In this document: one piece after another, positions 12,388 through 27,200 of the stretch
Layout of the letters: the number at the start of each line of letters is the position of its first letter
Position numbering within the stretch: the first letter of the stretch is position 1
Source of the DNA: Trichoplax adhaerens
Taxonomy: Eukaryota; Animalia; Placozoa
Assembly (NCBI RefSeq): GCF_000150275.1
Contig: NW_002060945.1
Span: 4,017,397-4,081,396, forward strand
Length of the DNA: 64,000 nt
Direction of reading: 5' to 3'
Position numbers and translations under genes: made by a program
The notes under the pieces: generated by a model
Seen by the model: the letters and a program-made list of their open reading frames with translations, nothing else
Database searches by the model: none
What the model was told of the DNA's origin: nothing

Positions 12388-14804
12388 TTTAGTTCTTTTA
12401 GTTCATTCCGAAGATTCTTCGAAATAGATTTAACAATATGAACGTCGAAGCTATTCAATATGGGTAAATAGTTACAGCCACACCTTGAATTGATGAAATT
12501 TTAAGCTTTTGTCTTTCTTTAAATCCACTGCCCATTGGGATGGCCTGATACATGCTTGTCTCTTGCAGCTATCTTCAAACACTAGACCAGAATATCTTAT
12601 TAATTACATAATGCACAAATCCTGTATGGATATTAGGTTGCTATGGGCTACACTAATACTAATATTAATACTATAGCGGCTGGATATCAACTTTTATACA
12701 TTACCATGTTATACGCACATTGAGATGCAACGTTTACGTATCTCATAACGATACGTCATCGCTACCGATGTTAATTACACCTGCATTAACAATAAATCTA
12801 TTCGATAACGATTAATTGTTCATCTCACTAATCAAATATTTTTTTACATCTGGATAATATAGATAATCAGGTCTTCATTGTTTAATTTCCTAGTAGTAAA
12901 GTAAACGAACTATTCAAGATGATAATTCATGACTAACTCTTTCCACTCTAGATAGAGCCAAAAAAAACTATCTAAGGTATCCCTCGAATTCTGATCTAAC
13001 TGATTATTCTAGGTCCATCTAATATCATTCCGCACTTTCAAAGATTTATTGTTCGCAATAAACGCGATTAGTTACCAATTTTAAAAGTAATTAGCGACCG
13101 TATATCATGTGCACGAATATTATACTACGTCAGAGATGCAAAAGAATTGACACATGATGATTTAATAGCTGATTCCAGCTAATTGAATAGTAATGTGTGC
13201 TAAATGGGTAGTAGTAAAATGAAGCAAAGCTATTTGTGACGTGTAATAATCGCTATATTCAATAAACTATTGATAGATGATGACTGGTACAAGAAAATCG
13301 CCTACTTGCACCATTTTTACTATGTGTATAAGGGGTTACGAAACTTACTCACTTTAATATCTTAAATTATTTAACTAGAAAGCGAGGTTAAAAATATTAT
13401 GCAGGATTTAATGATCAATAAATTTATGCTATATCATTTTTTATCTCCAAAGTTAAATTATTTTAGGATTATAATGGAATAAAAGATGATAATATTACAA
13501 GCCTATTTCATCTACTAAAAGTATGCATAACGTCTAGATAAGGTATATTATCTGACGAAAATAAAATAAGTATTTTCTGGCAAAAAATCGCTTTGTGCGC
13601 GGCCGCATCTTCTATTACTACTTCTTGCAGAATTTGCGATGGGGAGTTCTATTAGTCAGCGGTTGTGAACTTAGTTGCAATGAAGAGAATTGCACAAAGA
13701 TTTTAATAGAAAAATAGACAGTTTATATAGATTGTGTTTGCGTACAATGCGTGCATTTGCTGTAAAGCAGCGTGTAAGCTGTCGTGGAGTAGCGTGGGAA
13801 ATACCAACAGTGAGACGATTGCAACTAACTAAATCTGAGGCAGAAATCGTTAGTATTATAGTTATAGGGATAGAACAGATGCAGAGTATAAGATTATAGA
13901 ATTAGATACATCATATACTGTAATGAACTATGTTATAGCAATGACTGTAGAAAATGACGAAGACTGTAAGTGTTATAAAAATTAAGCATAACGAGCTATA
14001 TTCCTATATAGTGTAAGAAGACAGTATCTATATTTAAGAACAATATGAAATGCCTATATTGAAAAACATGTTACATCATAATCTGAATACACTACAATAT
14101 TGATACGGCAAACGATTAGAGAATATTATCTACTGAGCATAGTACAGTTACTTGAGCACCTAGCGTTGTAGTTACTGATAGCGTAGATAGAACAGTTGCG
14201 ATATAATATTGATATAAGAGAAGAGATAATTTACAAGGTAAAAGATTTCCCGTTTGTAGCAGTTACACATATAATCATCAGTATGCTTAGATCAATACTA
14301 TGGTAATGGAAACTGCTCTTACAGCGAATACATCATTATAAAATTCCTTGGATTTTGATATAATGTAACAGGAAGAATTAACATTATCGGTTCATGGTCT
14401 TAAAATTATATGGATACGTATTAAAAATCTTGAAAGCAAGATCAGTAAGATTTGAGGTATTATTCAAATCAGAATTATGATAATGCTGAGATAGCGAATA
14501 TTAATTTTACGCTTGTTACCGTGCCTAGCTACGAACAATAATTGCCGTGTTAATTAAAATATCTTTTCTAGTGCCTCGTTTGAATGACAGCAAGGCAACG
14601 TTACTACAGAAATATTGATAGATTCGAAGATCATGTCTACAAATATAATTTTTCTAATGCTGTCAATAAATTTGAGTAAACTGAGTCATGAAACGTATGA
14701 CTCAGAACGTACCGTATAACACTTTAAATAGATAGAGACAAAATTTTAAGACACTGATTATCATATATTTCTATACTATGAGTACTACATATAATGTATT
14801 ATCT

Positions 14805-15256
14805 TGTCACGCTACGAACTACCGTGAAGAAATAGCTATCTAAATTTGGTAAATACTATGTAGTGATAATATATTACAACTAGTTTCTTACAATAGGAAT
14901 TACTCTAATTATAAATGTGTTGCAGTAAATTTAATGCTGTGCTGTAATGTATACTGAAATGATTCTGTGAATGAATATGTAGTCCGAATGTGAAAAATTA
15001 GTTAGTAGATGTTCTCACCTAAGCATCTCACCTAAGTATTTTTATAAGATGACTCATGAATGTTAGCTGCTGTAGAAGGGTATATAAGCCCGTCAGATAG
15101 TTGAATAAAGTAGTTCTCAATTATCTAGTTGAGTTTAACGTAGAATCAAAGGCGTCTAAATTCTTGTGAGGTAGTTAAGGGATTCTGAATCCCGGAGATT
15201 ATAGTAATTTAGAGATTTGTTTTACGTTATCCTTGTCACGAAGCTGGTTTGTGACA
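14805..15256 (+). mobile_element. Solo LTR (452 bp) of an LTR retrotransposon
   Basis: Starts TGTCAC and ends GTGACA (TG..CA, 6-bp inverted termini). Flanked by an identical 5-bp duplication TATCT at 14800-14804 and 15257-15261. Internal TATATAA at 15081-15087 and AATAAA at 15104-15109. Confidence 0.8.
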
Positions 15257-18200
15257 TATCTTTATATTTTACTGTAACTAATTACGGAGATACTGGCATG
15301 AACTGAAAACTTTTAGACGTGAATTATTCATGAAGGATAGGTATGTAAAAATGTAGATACGCATATATTGCCTACACAAGGGCATATACTGCAACTGAAA
15401 AGAGTACGTAATACATTTTTAAGATAATATCCATCGTTTGAAGGCTCCAATTTACTAAATATAAACTTACTTGAAAATAGTTAAGATATAATAACTAATT
15501 CAATAATTCACGATGCAATATTGACTTAAAAGGCGTACTCATAAAGACCAAAAAAGCTTATAGCATGAAATCTTTAAAATCTTTTAACCGTGCTCTAGCT
15601 CAATTAATTCGAAGATATTCAGACATGTTACAGTCAATTATAATTAAATGCAAATAAGATTATAATACCAACCAAATAAACGCAGATTAATACGAATTAC
15701 AATTCCAAAGAATGTAATTTTATATAGCAATATGTCCAGTTATTAGCTACCCCTGACATTAAATGAATTAGCAATTCCCGGTATATAATGATTAAGTTCA
15801 TTTCCGATGCAATTCGTTCTTATTGATAAAGAAAAGAACATGAAATAATTCATATTTTAATATTTATTAGATTCAGAAAAATGAAATTTGGAAGTGATAG
15901 GTTACTAATACTGAGAGGATAAGAAAAACTATAATTTGATGCTATCAGTTCGAGACGTCCCTGCTACGGTACCTGATTAAAATTATTGCTTTAAGCACGC
16001 CATTATTATCCGGAATGGGTAACAATTAATCATTTTTATCGCCTGATTTCGAATAATCTCATCATAAAGTAATATTATACAGAAATTTTCAACTTGATTT
16101 AAAAATTGCGTTTTGTTATAATTGTATAATACTATGAACAAAGCTGTTGAGGAAATTATTATACGCTTATTCATTTGAGATATACTGAACGCCCTAAATC
16201 CGCGACTGCTTAATTACTCAAATGATATCATCCAGAATTATCCGCTAACACATTCTATACAAACTGCATTTGCTCTCTGTTATGTGATCTCACTAGCCAC
16301 TTAATCAACGCTGATTTGATAAACCTGCAGAAGGCTACGGTAGACTTACAGTAATTATTGATACAAGCCTCATCTTTAAGATTAGACTGCGGATAAATAA
16401 CATATAAATACACTCTACTCCAGCTGTTTGTCTTTGGTCTCTTTACTTGTTACAATTTAAACTCTGTGACAAGGAAACATACAGTAAAAGTCTATAAGCA
16501 ACTACTGGCTTAAACGCTCTTTTACTAAATATTAAACACATACAGCAAAGTAACATAAAAATAACACTATTATTAGCATAAACGCATCTACGACTTTTTG
16601 CCGCATAACTCAACTCAATTGAATGATCAAAGGCCGCTAATCATTCAGTTACAGGTTTTGTATAGAAAAGGCATCACTTCTAGCAATAATACGCTTGTAG
16701 ACATAGCTTAATATAGGAACCGTCTAATTTGTAAGCAAAAATAAAAGTATTATTATTATACCTTACTAGGAGAGACATCTCGAACTGAGATGTTCCTTAC
16801 ATAGCTTTTCTATCAGTAAATATTTTTAATCTCTTACTGACACTTAATCTTAATCTATATTGCGTAATTCAACTATCATTAGCTAAAACTTGAATCATCT
16901 TACTGCTATCTATACATAATAACAATCAATATCAAACATGTAATAAACTATCACAAATAATATAAACGACCTTAAAGTATTACTTATCTTACTGTACCTA
17001 GTACTACAAATATGGATATTTGCCACATTAGCTACTACTGTACTATTGAACTATCCTAACGGTAATCAATTATAGGTACGACTTCAAGACTCACAACTCC
17101 AAATAAAACGAAGCAATTATTTTCAATACGGAAAAGTATTATAACTTGTAGATCACCCCAAAACTTGTGACAGCAATGTCAGTATTGATTGTACAATTCC
17201 AAATAGTGATATTGTATTATATCCTCCATAATTATCCGTAAACCTATATACCAATTGCATCCTAAAAATCTTGAATTCCGTTAAAAAATTGATTGCTAGT
17301 CTTAATCATACAATTATTGTTTCGTTATCTTTTTTCATATTGAACAGTAGAGTATTTATAGAGCTTGACTAACTATATAACTGTGTTAATAATGCTTCAG
17401 ATTTTTAATGCGGATAGCTTGCAGCGTAGTCAATTGAGTGCAAAACGTTACTAGAACGCACTATCTATCACTAAGATAATACGCTATAGATGTTATTCAT
17501 GTTGTGGGATACCATATATCTTAGGCTTATGGTATATATGCATTTCTTTCTGATACTGCGTTATTAATTTATACAACACGCGTGTTCTTGGCATTTATGT
17601 TGTTAGCCTATACACTTCTTTATATTCTAACTTAGAAAGTGTACATACAGCATATGAAGTAATAATTCAGTATATCATAATCTTTCCACCCTACTCTCTG
17701 TAATACAAATGTGGTTCAGTCCCCCTGTCACTTATTTCAAATAAGCTGTTTTTCTCAACTTGCCATTCCTTGTTTTCGTCACCGAATCTGATATCGGAAA
17801 AAACTACGTCCATTACCTGAAGTTAGCTAGCAAATCTTCAACCGGCACTTCTAAAAATCTAATCTTAATCAATTTTTCATGGTTTAAGTTTTATAAACCA
17901 ATTGCTACTTTCAGAAAGGATCTTGAAGAATAGATGCGGTATTCTTATTGATACTGATCTCAATAAATTTAGCACGAACAAGCTTTTATTGGACAGCAGC
18001 GTATACGAATTCAGAATGTACTTTTTCCTATACGTTATGCGTCTTCCTAACTACACAAAACCTACGAACTCATAAATACCTATCTACATGTTTTTTGTGG
18101 TGTTTTTGATGCAATATGATATAAACTGCATTACGTTACAGTAATATTCTAGCTCTCCTTATTCTTTATGTACTAATTAAAAATAATAATGATACTTGCA

Positions 18201-21200
18201 TATCACAATGGAACCGATGCTTAGAAAAGGAACACCCTATACTCAAACAGCACCATTTATGTTAGGGTTTCCCTCTTTCTAGTCCCTAGTTTGTAGCATG
18301 GATTTCTCTCATATAACTTTATTTACCTTGCAATATATCTAAATTTGCTCATTAGAACACTCTAAGCAAAGTTTCTTGTTTTTTTAATATGAGTACATAG
18401 AGTTTTAGTAAATTATATATCAAAACATGCAGATGAAGGCACTTCATACCAACATCTGCGCGTTTTTATACGCAACTACGAAGCAGTATTCATAACCATT
18501 AAAATATTTAGCTACACGTAGGAGCTGTTTATGCTATACAATCCTTATGTTATACTAATATCATTATGATGTTTATATAGCTAGTAATTTTATATTTTCT
18601 CTAATTAGGATATTGATATATCGGTATAATAATTACTTGCTTCATTTACTATACCGTTTCATCAAGATACGGCAGTCGACATAAGTGTTATGGGAGGGTA
18701 GTGATGTAAGTTACTATTATCAACCTAAGTATAATCTGCCAACAGAATCACTTTAAATCCATAGCTATTTGCTCTTCAATTACTGCGTACAGCTGTATAC
18801 CAGACAATATTGAATTAATAGATTCGATAATACTAAGCCAACAGCAATATAGCATTTTAGCTTTATTTAAAGAAAAATCACTACGTGACCTGAATACGAA
18901 TTAATGAATGTTTAAATACGTATTATTGCAAGTTTACCTTTAGCTACTGACAGAAAATACTACTTTTATATCTTTTATCATAGTTTACTTCATGATTAAA
19001 CTTGACTGATAGGAGTCTTAAATATAATTTACGGCTAAAAATTACGTACTCATATGAACTGTAAATCTTAGCATCTACCGTGGTAGATTAAAAATTTTAT
19101 ATGACTAAATAGAGCAATCTAAATCTTTATTCTGGTATAAATTACCATTTCGTAATAATTAAGGTTAACTGATTTTATATTACAGAAGTTCTACAATGTA
19201 TTTACTATAGCAAGACCGTGAGGCCATATTGTTTTATACGAGTATGTATTTTACTGTATAATATATGTCCTATCATTCAAATAAATACAATAAAGTGATA
19301 TTCTGTTGACTACCAAATTTAACCATCCTACCATCTTTTTCATGACGTAAACTATAACTCATCAACTTTCAACTAGAAATTAATGTGCAATCGTGTACTA
19401 GTATTAATGCAGTTGTGCATCTGTTCACAGATGACATAAACTCGTAAGTTCGTGGCTGGTAAGACAATAGGACGTACTTGCCTCAATCCTATTACCTGCT
19501 AAGATCTCTCTAAATCGCAACTGATTGCTGCTAGAGATATCATAAATCAATCCTTTGTAATGCTACAATGCGATTCGTAATATTGTAACCTGCTAATTGT
19601 TTCAAGATGAATATTGGGTATTGAGTGATTATTCGTTCTAGCAAGGGGATTACGAAACAAAATAAGGGTCTTATTGATGTTATAACAGTAACTATTGCTC
19701 AAATTGCAATGCTCCTTCAAACTTAGGGCAATATCGTGTTATACTATTAATAGAATATGATAATACCGAGGTCAAATAAATATTTTGAAAACTCCTTTAG
19801 CAATAAATTATATCAAAGCTAGAGACATATTACAAGTGGAAAATATTAGATCCGTCATATTAATACTTAAATTAAATTTTCATGTTTATACTAGAAATAT
19901 GAATGCGCCATAAAATGGTAATGCGATTTCCGTAAGTTTAAGCTACTACTATATAAAAAAAGTGCTAAATCTATGCTTCTAGAGTCATTATCAAGTGTAA
20001 TTTCAACAATATCTAGAAAATATGCTAGCAGTAAACACCCAATGACTTCAAATAGTATGCAAAGTATTATAAACATACAGCAGCAATAAGCATGCCATTA
20101 CCCTCATCATAAAGGTAATAAAACTTATTCGAAGTGTAATCTGATTTTTACACTATTATTGTGTTAATAAAAATTCATGTAATAGCAAAAATGTATTGAT
20201 ATCCTGCTATTTTGTATCACAACCAGCTTTATATGGAGACCCTAGTTAATCAGATTCTATTGGTCTAGATGTAAGACCTTTTAGCAAATGTATGAACCAT
20301 AAAGATATTTAAATGGCCGCTACGTTATTGTTTTCCTAATAATCTAGGATCGAATATTTAATCATGTATTACGTTATTGCTATCAAGATAAACAGGATTC
20401 AAAGAGAATATTGATACTGCCTGAATAATAGAAAATAAATAAATATCAATTGATCAATACATAATGGTTATGCATCAATATGGAATAGTTGGGAGCTTAA
20501 GCATCAAGAAATCCTGTCCTATCCCAGCAAATGTGTTGCAATATGCCTACAAAGCATAGCATAAGTTGTTTTCAGCCCAAATCTAATGGATAAAGTAAAT
20601 CAAATTTGGGCACTTCCTATAAACATTAATCCTTTCATATATATTGCTGCCAAGTCAAATTAGGATTAAACGCCAAGGTAATTACAATATAATTTTCTCA
20701 AATATTTCGATAGAGCCTGGTTTAAATCTGAAGATATAAGTACAGAAGGTAGTCAGATTTTGCTTCCATCGCCGTCAAATGCGGCAACTGCAGCATGATG
20801 TCATGTCTATTTATTTTTATGAGCATTGAAATTTAAATAAACAAGATTACAGTTACTATTTTATGAATAATTTCGTATAATGAAAGACTAATGAAACATG
20901 TAAGCTACTCACATCCAACTAAATATTTTAAGCTTAGCCCTTTGATCTACTAGTATTGAGATTGCTATGATAAACTCAGATCATGTTATGTTTTCGAGCA
21001 GTTCACTGAAAGTTAGATATTTTAGAAAATTATCACCTACAGAACGTGAGAGATCCTTAATTAATAACCTACGATTAGCTTGTCAAGTGTTCTCAACAGA
21101 ATTTAAATACAACTTTCAGTACTATAACTACGTTACAAGGCCTTCCATAAATTTCATACGCTACTGATATCTATTTACTTTGGTGACCTAGTAATAATAT

Positions 21201-24200
21201 AAAATAGTATTTACGGACGCGCACGGTACAGTATTTGGGCTTACTCTTATACTTAACACAGTACAATACTTCAATTGCTATTATGATAATGCTAACTTAC
21301 TTTTAAATTCATGCAATAGAGATTCCTGATGAATAATAGTTACCATTAGCTGTCAGAATGTTCAAAACAGAGCACAGACGTATAAAGTTTAAATCAACAA
21401 ACACAGCATCCCACAAAATGTTAATAAACTAGCACTAATCATGTGATAATGGAATAGTTCGGGCAACAGCACTATTATACGTTAATTAGTCAATTGTTCA
21501 TATAATCCTAGCAAAATCTAGTTGATCCTGCTGTAGATTACTTCAACTATATTTTTAATGTTTTCCGGAATTTATCAATTAATCCCAGTAAAATACACAA
21601 TGAAGACTGACTGTGTAAACAGTTGACACAATTTTTAGTTGATCGTAGCTCATAACAACGTTCCATGAATATCTAAAGGAGCGATTGTTTGCAGTAATAT
21701 TTGAAGAAACTGCCTGCGTACAAAGGGATTTAAAATCTTATGATGCACCAATCAAACATGCAAATAAATAACTTATAACAAAATTTTTATATTTAAGGCT
21801 AAAGTTTCTACACTCTCTAGTGGCAATCTATGAGGAAATAGAGTAACGCTTTAAAAGATCTTTCAGGTCAAGTCTAAAGTTCAGTGCTATAACCTATAGA
21901 GCACGTACAGAATGGATTAGATTTAAGTCTAGCTTTTCATTTTCTTAGCGTTACCAATATCTAACTCTAGGCTACATAACTGCTATGACTATAGATTTAA
22001 GTCCAAAGTATTTCGTCATCAATCTTAGTTAAATAAAAAATATCATCAAATTAATAACTCCATTTCTAGATTTATTACCGCATTCGACACGTTAGTAGTG
22101 ATCAATTCATTAGAAAGGTGTTAATGACGTTCGATGATGGTTTCTCCGTAGGAGTCAATTTATGCAAATATTTAGACTAAAATTGAATTGATTTTAAATC
22201 CTTAACCGACTAAATTGCGTTAAAATTAAAATAATATAGCTATATAGCACAGTATGCAGTACTACAAAATTCAATCATTTAGCTATTATTATTAACTAAA
22301 ATAAACAATGATCATGACATTGCAAATATCTAAATTTACTGCTCAAGGTTCAGTATAACTTTATTCTAGTAGATGATATACTGAACGACCATTTGTGTCA
22401 GTAGGGCATCACAAGGTAGAAAAGGATGCCGATCTAGTTCTTTTAGTAGTGATCGGTGGCTGATTCGTTAGCAGTTAGCTTATTGAATTGATAAAGTTAT
22501 TGAGATTTCTTATCATTATAGATCCGAATTAATCATTTTAAGAAAGCATGACATAAGCAAACAAATAGTCAAGATATAAAGAATTCGTAAGGATTAGTCA
22601 ATAACAAACAACTCTGGCATTCATACACGAGGTAATGAATGTTATAACCATCTGCAATACATAATAGACCATTTTACTGGTTTATTTATTTTTCAATCAA
22701 GCATAAAGTCCTGCCTTCGATGCGATTTGTTGTTGACATAAAGACGAAGGAGCACAATAAAGGAGTTATTTAAGACTTCATTCATGCTATAATAGTAATA
22801 GTTCTATTTGATGATTTCAAACTTTCTTGAAACGCTCATTAATCAAGAGTGAATTTATAGCAGCGATAGTGCGTCTAAGTCAACTATTCAAGTCCTTATA
22901 CTGAATAAACCGTACGTTTTCAGTCCTGTTCTTTAAAAATAGACTGACTTTTAAAGAACACAATATTACCAATAAAGCAGTCTTAATATGGAATGGCATA
23001 ATTACTTAGTGTGTTTTTTTATATTTTGTGGAAGCAAAGATCGCGTAAATGGACTGAGAAGTTACTAAAGGAGTTTTGAAATATTCGTCTAATGACAGTA
23101 GTGAGTTTAAAATGCTTCCTCTTAGACTACAATTGGTTGAATATTGACATATTCGACCTGCAAACTTGCAACTGAACAATAAATAATAACATCAAAATTA
23201 ATAACAGAATTTAACAAGAATAGTATAAAAATGCTTTACATCAATAATGCAAATCACTTATTTGTGTTTGTTAGAATAGAATATTTTATAGCATAGCTTA
23301 TCGATAATATTTTATAGTAATTCTAAGAGTTTAAAAAAATTAGAATAGCAAAAAACAATGGAAGGGCATTAATAATACTCAGCCTTGAATTATTAAGTTA
23401 CTATTTGGTGTTGGCCGATCGATCAAGCTAGTAAATAATAATTCAATGCATTTTCATTGAGAAGATTGCATCATAAGAAAGTTAATCAACAAGGTCACAC
23501 TATTAGTACAAGTTAGCAAAAAGCAATTAGCTATTGAATGAGACTAATTTTTTCTGTTCTAGAAAACAAATTAAAAATTCATAACTCTGACAATAAATCA
23601 ACTACAGTGACATACTAGTATTGAACTTTATAATGATATTGAAACATAATACATTTCAGCAACTGCACAATGACGTAGACAAAAAGTGTACCAACTTCTA
23701 TATTTTGATATGTTGAGATGTTATTAGTATCCAAAATTATTCAAATAGGGAAGTAATGTAGTACGTTTATATATAATAAATATTGGCTTTCTCAGAATTC
23801 TAACGTCATAAAGGTGGTACCATGTAGTGATTTCAGTTAATTACTGTAGTAGTGTGTACTAAAAATATAATAGTAATATGAAGTAAGGACTACGCAACAT
23901 AGAATAGAGTTATACTAAATGCGGTATTTATTCTTCTATCCCGATCATTAATTTGTACGCATATAGTAACAAACTAAGGTCGCTTTCAAAATTTTCCTGC
24001 TGCTATAGAAAAATTTCAGTAAGAGAATTAGCCTAACAACATTACTAGCTAATTGTCAGTTAGTACTAAATCACCTAAAATTAATAAAACCCATGATGAT
24101 TATTCTGATACACAGGTCATATGCAGTAATTCTTCTGTGAAAGCTACAATTAATTTAGCAAATCTAGACGAAACTTGGGCGTTTTTAAGGACGAAATCAT

Positions 24201-27200
24201 TCATATTACAATTACTGACTAATTTACTATTATCTTTCGTCACCTTTAGTACTAAAATCGATCCAAACGTGTCATTATACTGATACAACTTCATACCGCT
24301 ATATAATGGTATAGATGCTGAATTATGCATCATAACAAGTAAAGAATATGAATTGGGCTAAGTCAACAATCCATATTGAATTTTGTAAAGCAAAAAACAA
24401 ATTATACTACTTTATAATAGATCCAAAACAAGATCTGTATGGTATGTCATATTTAAATTTAGGATATAATTAATTAGGATAGTCATTATACTATATAATT
24501 AAGCTAAGATTATTTAAGGTGCTAAATGAATGATGAATTATTAATAAATTCATTTTCACGTGATTTTTACCAATAGACATTATTGATAGCTATTAAATCT
24601 CCGTCCAGCATATAAACGCATAATATTTTGCAAAGCAAAGTTGTACACAATGAAGTTATAGACTTGATAACAACTTGCTTTTAACAACAGGATTCAAGCT
24701 ATTACTAACATCCTCCTCTTTAAAAATAATATCTGCAAATTCCGGCGCAATGGTCGACCATTAACGCCATTTCTATTATTTCATATTATGATGCAATAAA
24801 ATGTTAATACATATTTGTTTATTAGCGTACTAAATTTAGTTAGTCATTTACAGGAGTTATATATGGATACATTGCATAAGTGTATGTACATACTTTATGC
24901 TGCATATACATAATTTCAGATAGTTTTTAAATGATTAGCCTTTAACAATATATTGATAATTTATATGATTGAATTCCATTTTCTGTACTATATGTATATA
25001 TTACATATACATAAAAAACTACTGCCTAAACTTATACATAGATGAAGAAAAATGTATCTACTGAGAGTATAGTTTTCGCCACCATACGCTGGGATACACG
25101 TTACAAATGTTCAATCATACCATTCTTAATTATTATATATTTAACAGAATGATTCTATCTATGGGAACTATAAAGCTAAGCCTGGTAGATGAATGATTCG
25201 TAATAGAATACATACTGGTATTTACTTCTAGCGCATTATTTGTTATTTGATTCAATCAGTGCATTGATATGCAAATTTCGCTTTCTAGAGCATTTCATAA
25301 ATAATCGTTCCCGGATTAAATTCTTTGGATCTTTATCCAAATATAGTGCAATCAGAAGTAATTCAGTTATTTGTCTGATAAAGATGTTTTCGTCTTTGGA
25401 TGAAATTAATATTACTTTTAACTTATAACAACAACTGAACGTTTAATTAATGATAAGAATAAGCATTCCAGTTTATTGTTAATTTGAATACGAACAAAGC
25501 ATTCTAATTACTTAAGCCAACTCTCGAAATATAGAATCATTAGTCAATAATTTATGTGTCCCGGTTGTTAATTATTTTAAAAAAAAATTGCTAATGAAAT
25601 CATTATATAAAAGAAAATTCGCGAGAAGTATAATACGATCATAAGAAACATAATACAGTTTTGTATGGTAACTTATTAGTCCCCTACTACTGTGCAAATA
25701 CTGGAATTCGTAGCAGACACAGTACTTTGCTGAAATTTGAGCAAAAGAACTTTAGCAAACTAGTATAAATTTACGTACCCATATTTTTACTAAGACAACA
25801 CTACCAAAAAGCAATGTATAATAATTATAGTCTATAAAGTTTTCGGTTATAGTTTTAATAAAGTAAATTAGGCATGATTCAAGAATGGTTTTAATGAAAT
25901 TAGTGATATGCTAAGGGGGAACCCCACCATATAAGATATAGTTACAATAAGCTATGATTGATACACTTAGCTAAGATTTACTATGACTGTAAAAGCGTAG
26001 ATATGTAGCAGCCGAACGGAAAATAATTAATTACTTTCAACATGTAGCCTTTCATCACGCTTTGAACTCCTAGATGATAAATAAACATCACGTTATCATA
26101 TTCTCTTAATCTTTTATTTAATGCAGTGACATCTCAGAGAGGTTGGTTTATTTGTATTAGTTGTTTTTTTCTCTTTAAAATAATAGAACCGATTTGATTA
26201 AATCTAATTATTTGTTAAAATTTCAACCACGTTGTTAGACCTTGCATCATATTACATACTTTACATATACTTTACGATTGATTCAGTACTACAAACCTAG
26301 AGCAAACTTAATTCTATACTTATACGAGACCAAGTAAAATATCATACTCTGACAGTAGTTTAATAAAGATCATAATCATCTAGAATGTTGTACAAGACGA
26401 ATTTTACATAGTAATTCATAGTTATCTAGATATCTTAGATTTATATATACAATAGTAGTAATATAAACTAGGCCTAGGATGAGTGCACTTCATAAAATAG
26501 TTTACAAATTATCTAAAATAGCTTACTATTACAGTTTTGTAACTTATGTTGACTAATTTTATCCTTATGAATGACGAGGTTGCATGAAGTAATGCTATTA
26601 TTAATCATTAAGCAACACATTATAACAATCCATAAAATATTTAATTATTGTCTACAATTATTCTATATTACTCTCTAGGTATATAAATCATGATACTGGC
26701 CATGTTATATTTCACTTGATTCTATCAGAAAACTCAGCGCAAAGGTTAAATGATATTTTCACACACGAAAACAACAGCATCATATAACTACTGATCTTCT
26801 TTTGTTCTTGTTATTATGCTTAGCCTGCCAATTAATTTAATTTCTGAAATATTTATTATTTCTACATAATAATCGCCTCAACATCTCTAATTAACATATG
26901 AATTATAATATTGAATCAATCGAGCATTCCGTAGATATATATGACAATAGTTCTCCCTTATTTATATTAACCTGTTTAGAGAGTAAGGATCGGAGTCCAA
27001 TAATATTTTTTTTAATTCTTTTAACTTCTATTATTTAAATCTTTCAATTTATTCCGGATTAAATTGACGTAGACATTCTTACAGTTCATGCTAAGCTTAT
27101 TACGTAAAGGTTAACATTTATGAACGATTAGCTTTAGTACAGAAATTAGTGAGCAAGCACGTAATCCAGAAAATCGTCTAACGTGGAGTCGTTTTAAACT

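Noticed and set aside
16200-16471. Third LTR-like segment ending TGTGACA with a TATA-like motif
   Set aside because: No matching 5' terminus or TSD was found.
20640-20790. Minus-strand YLGV/FNPNLTWQQYI resembling a LINE RT thumb motif
   Set aside because: It needs a frameshift, has no upstream YADD and is too short to support.
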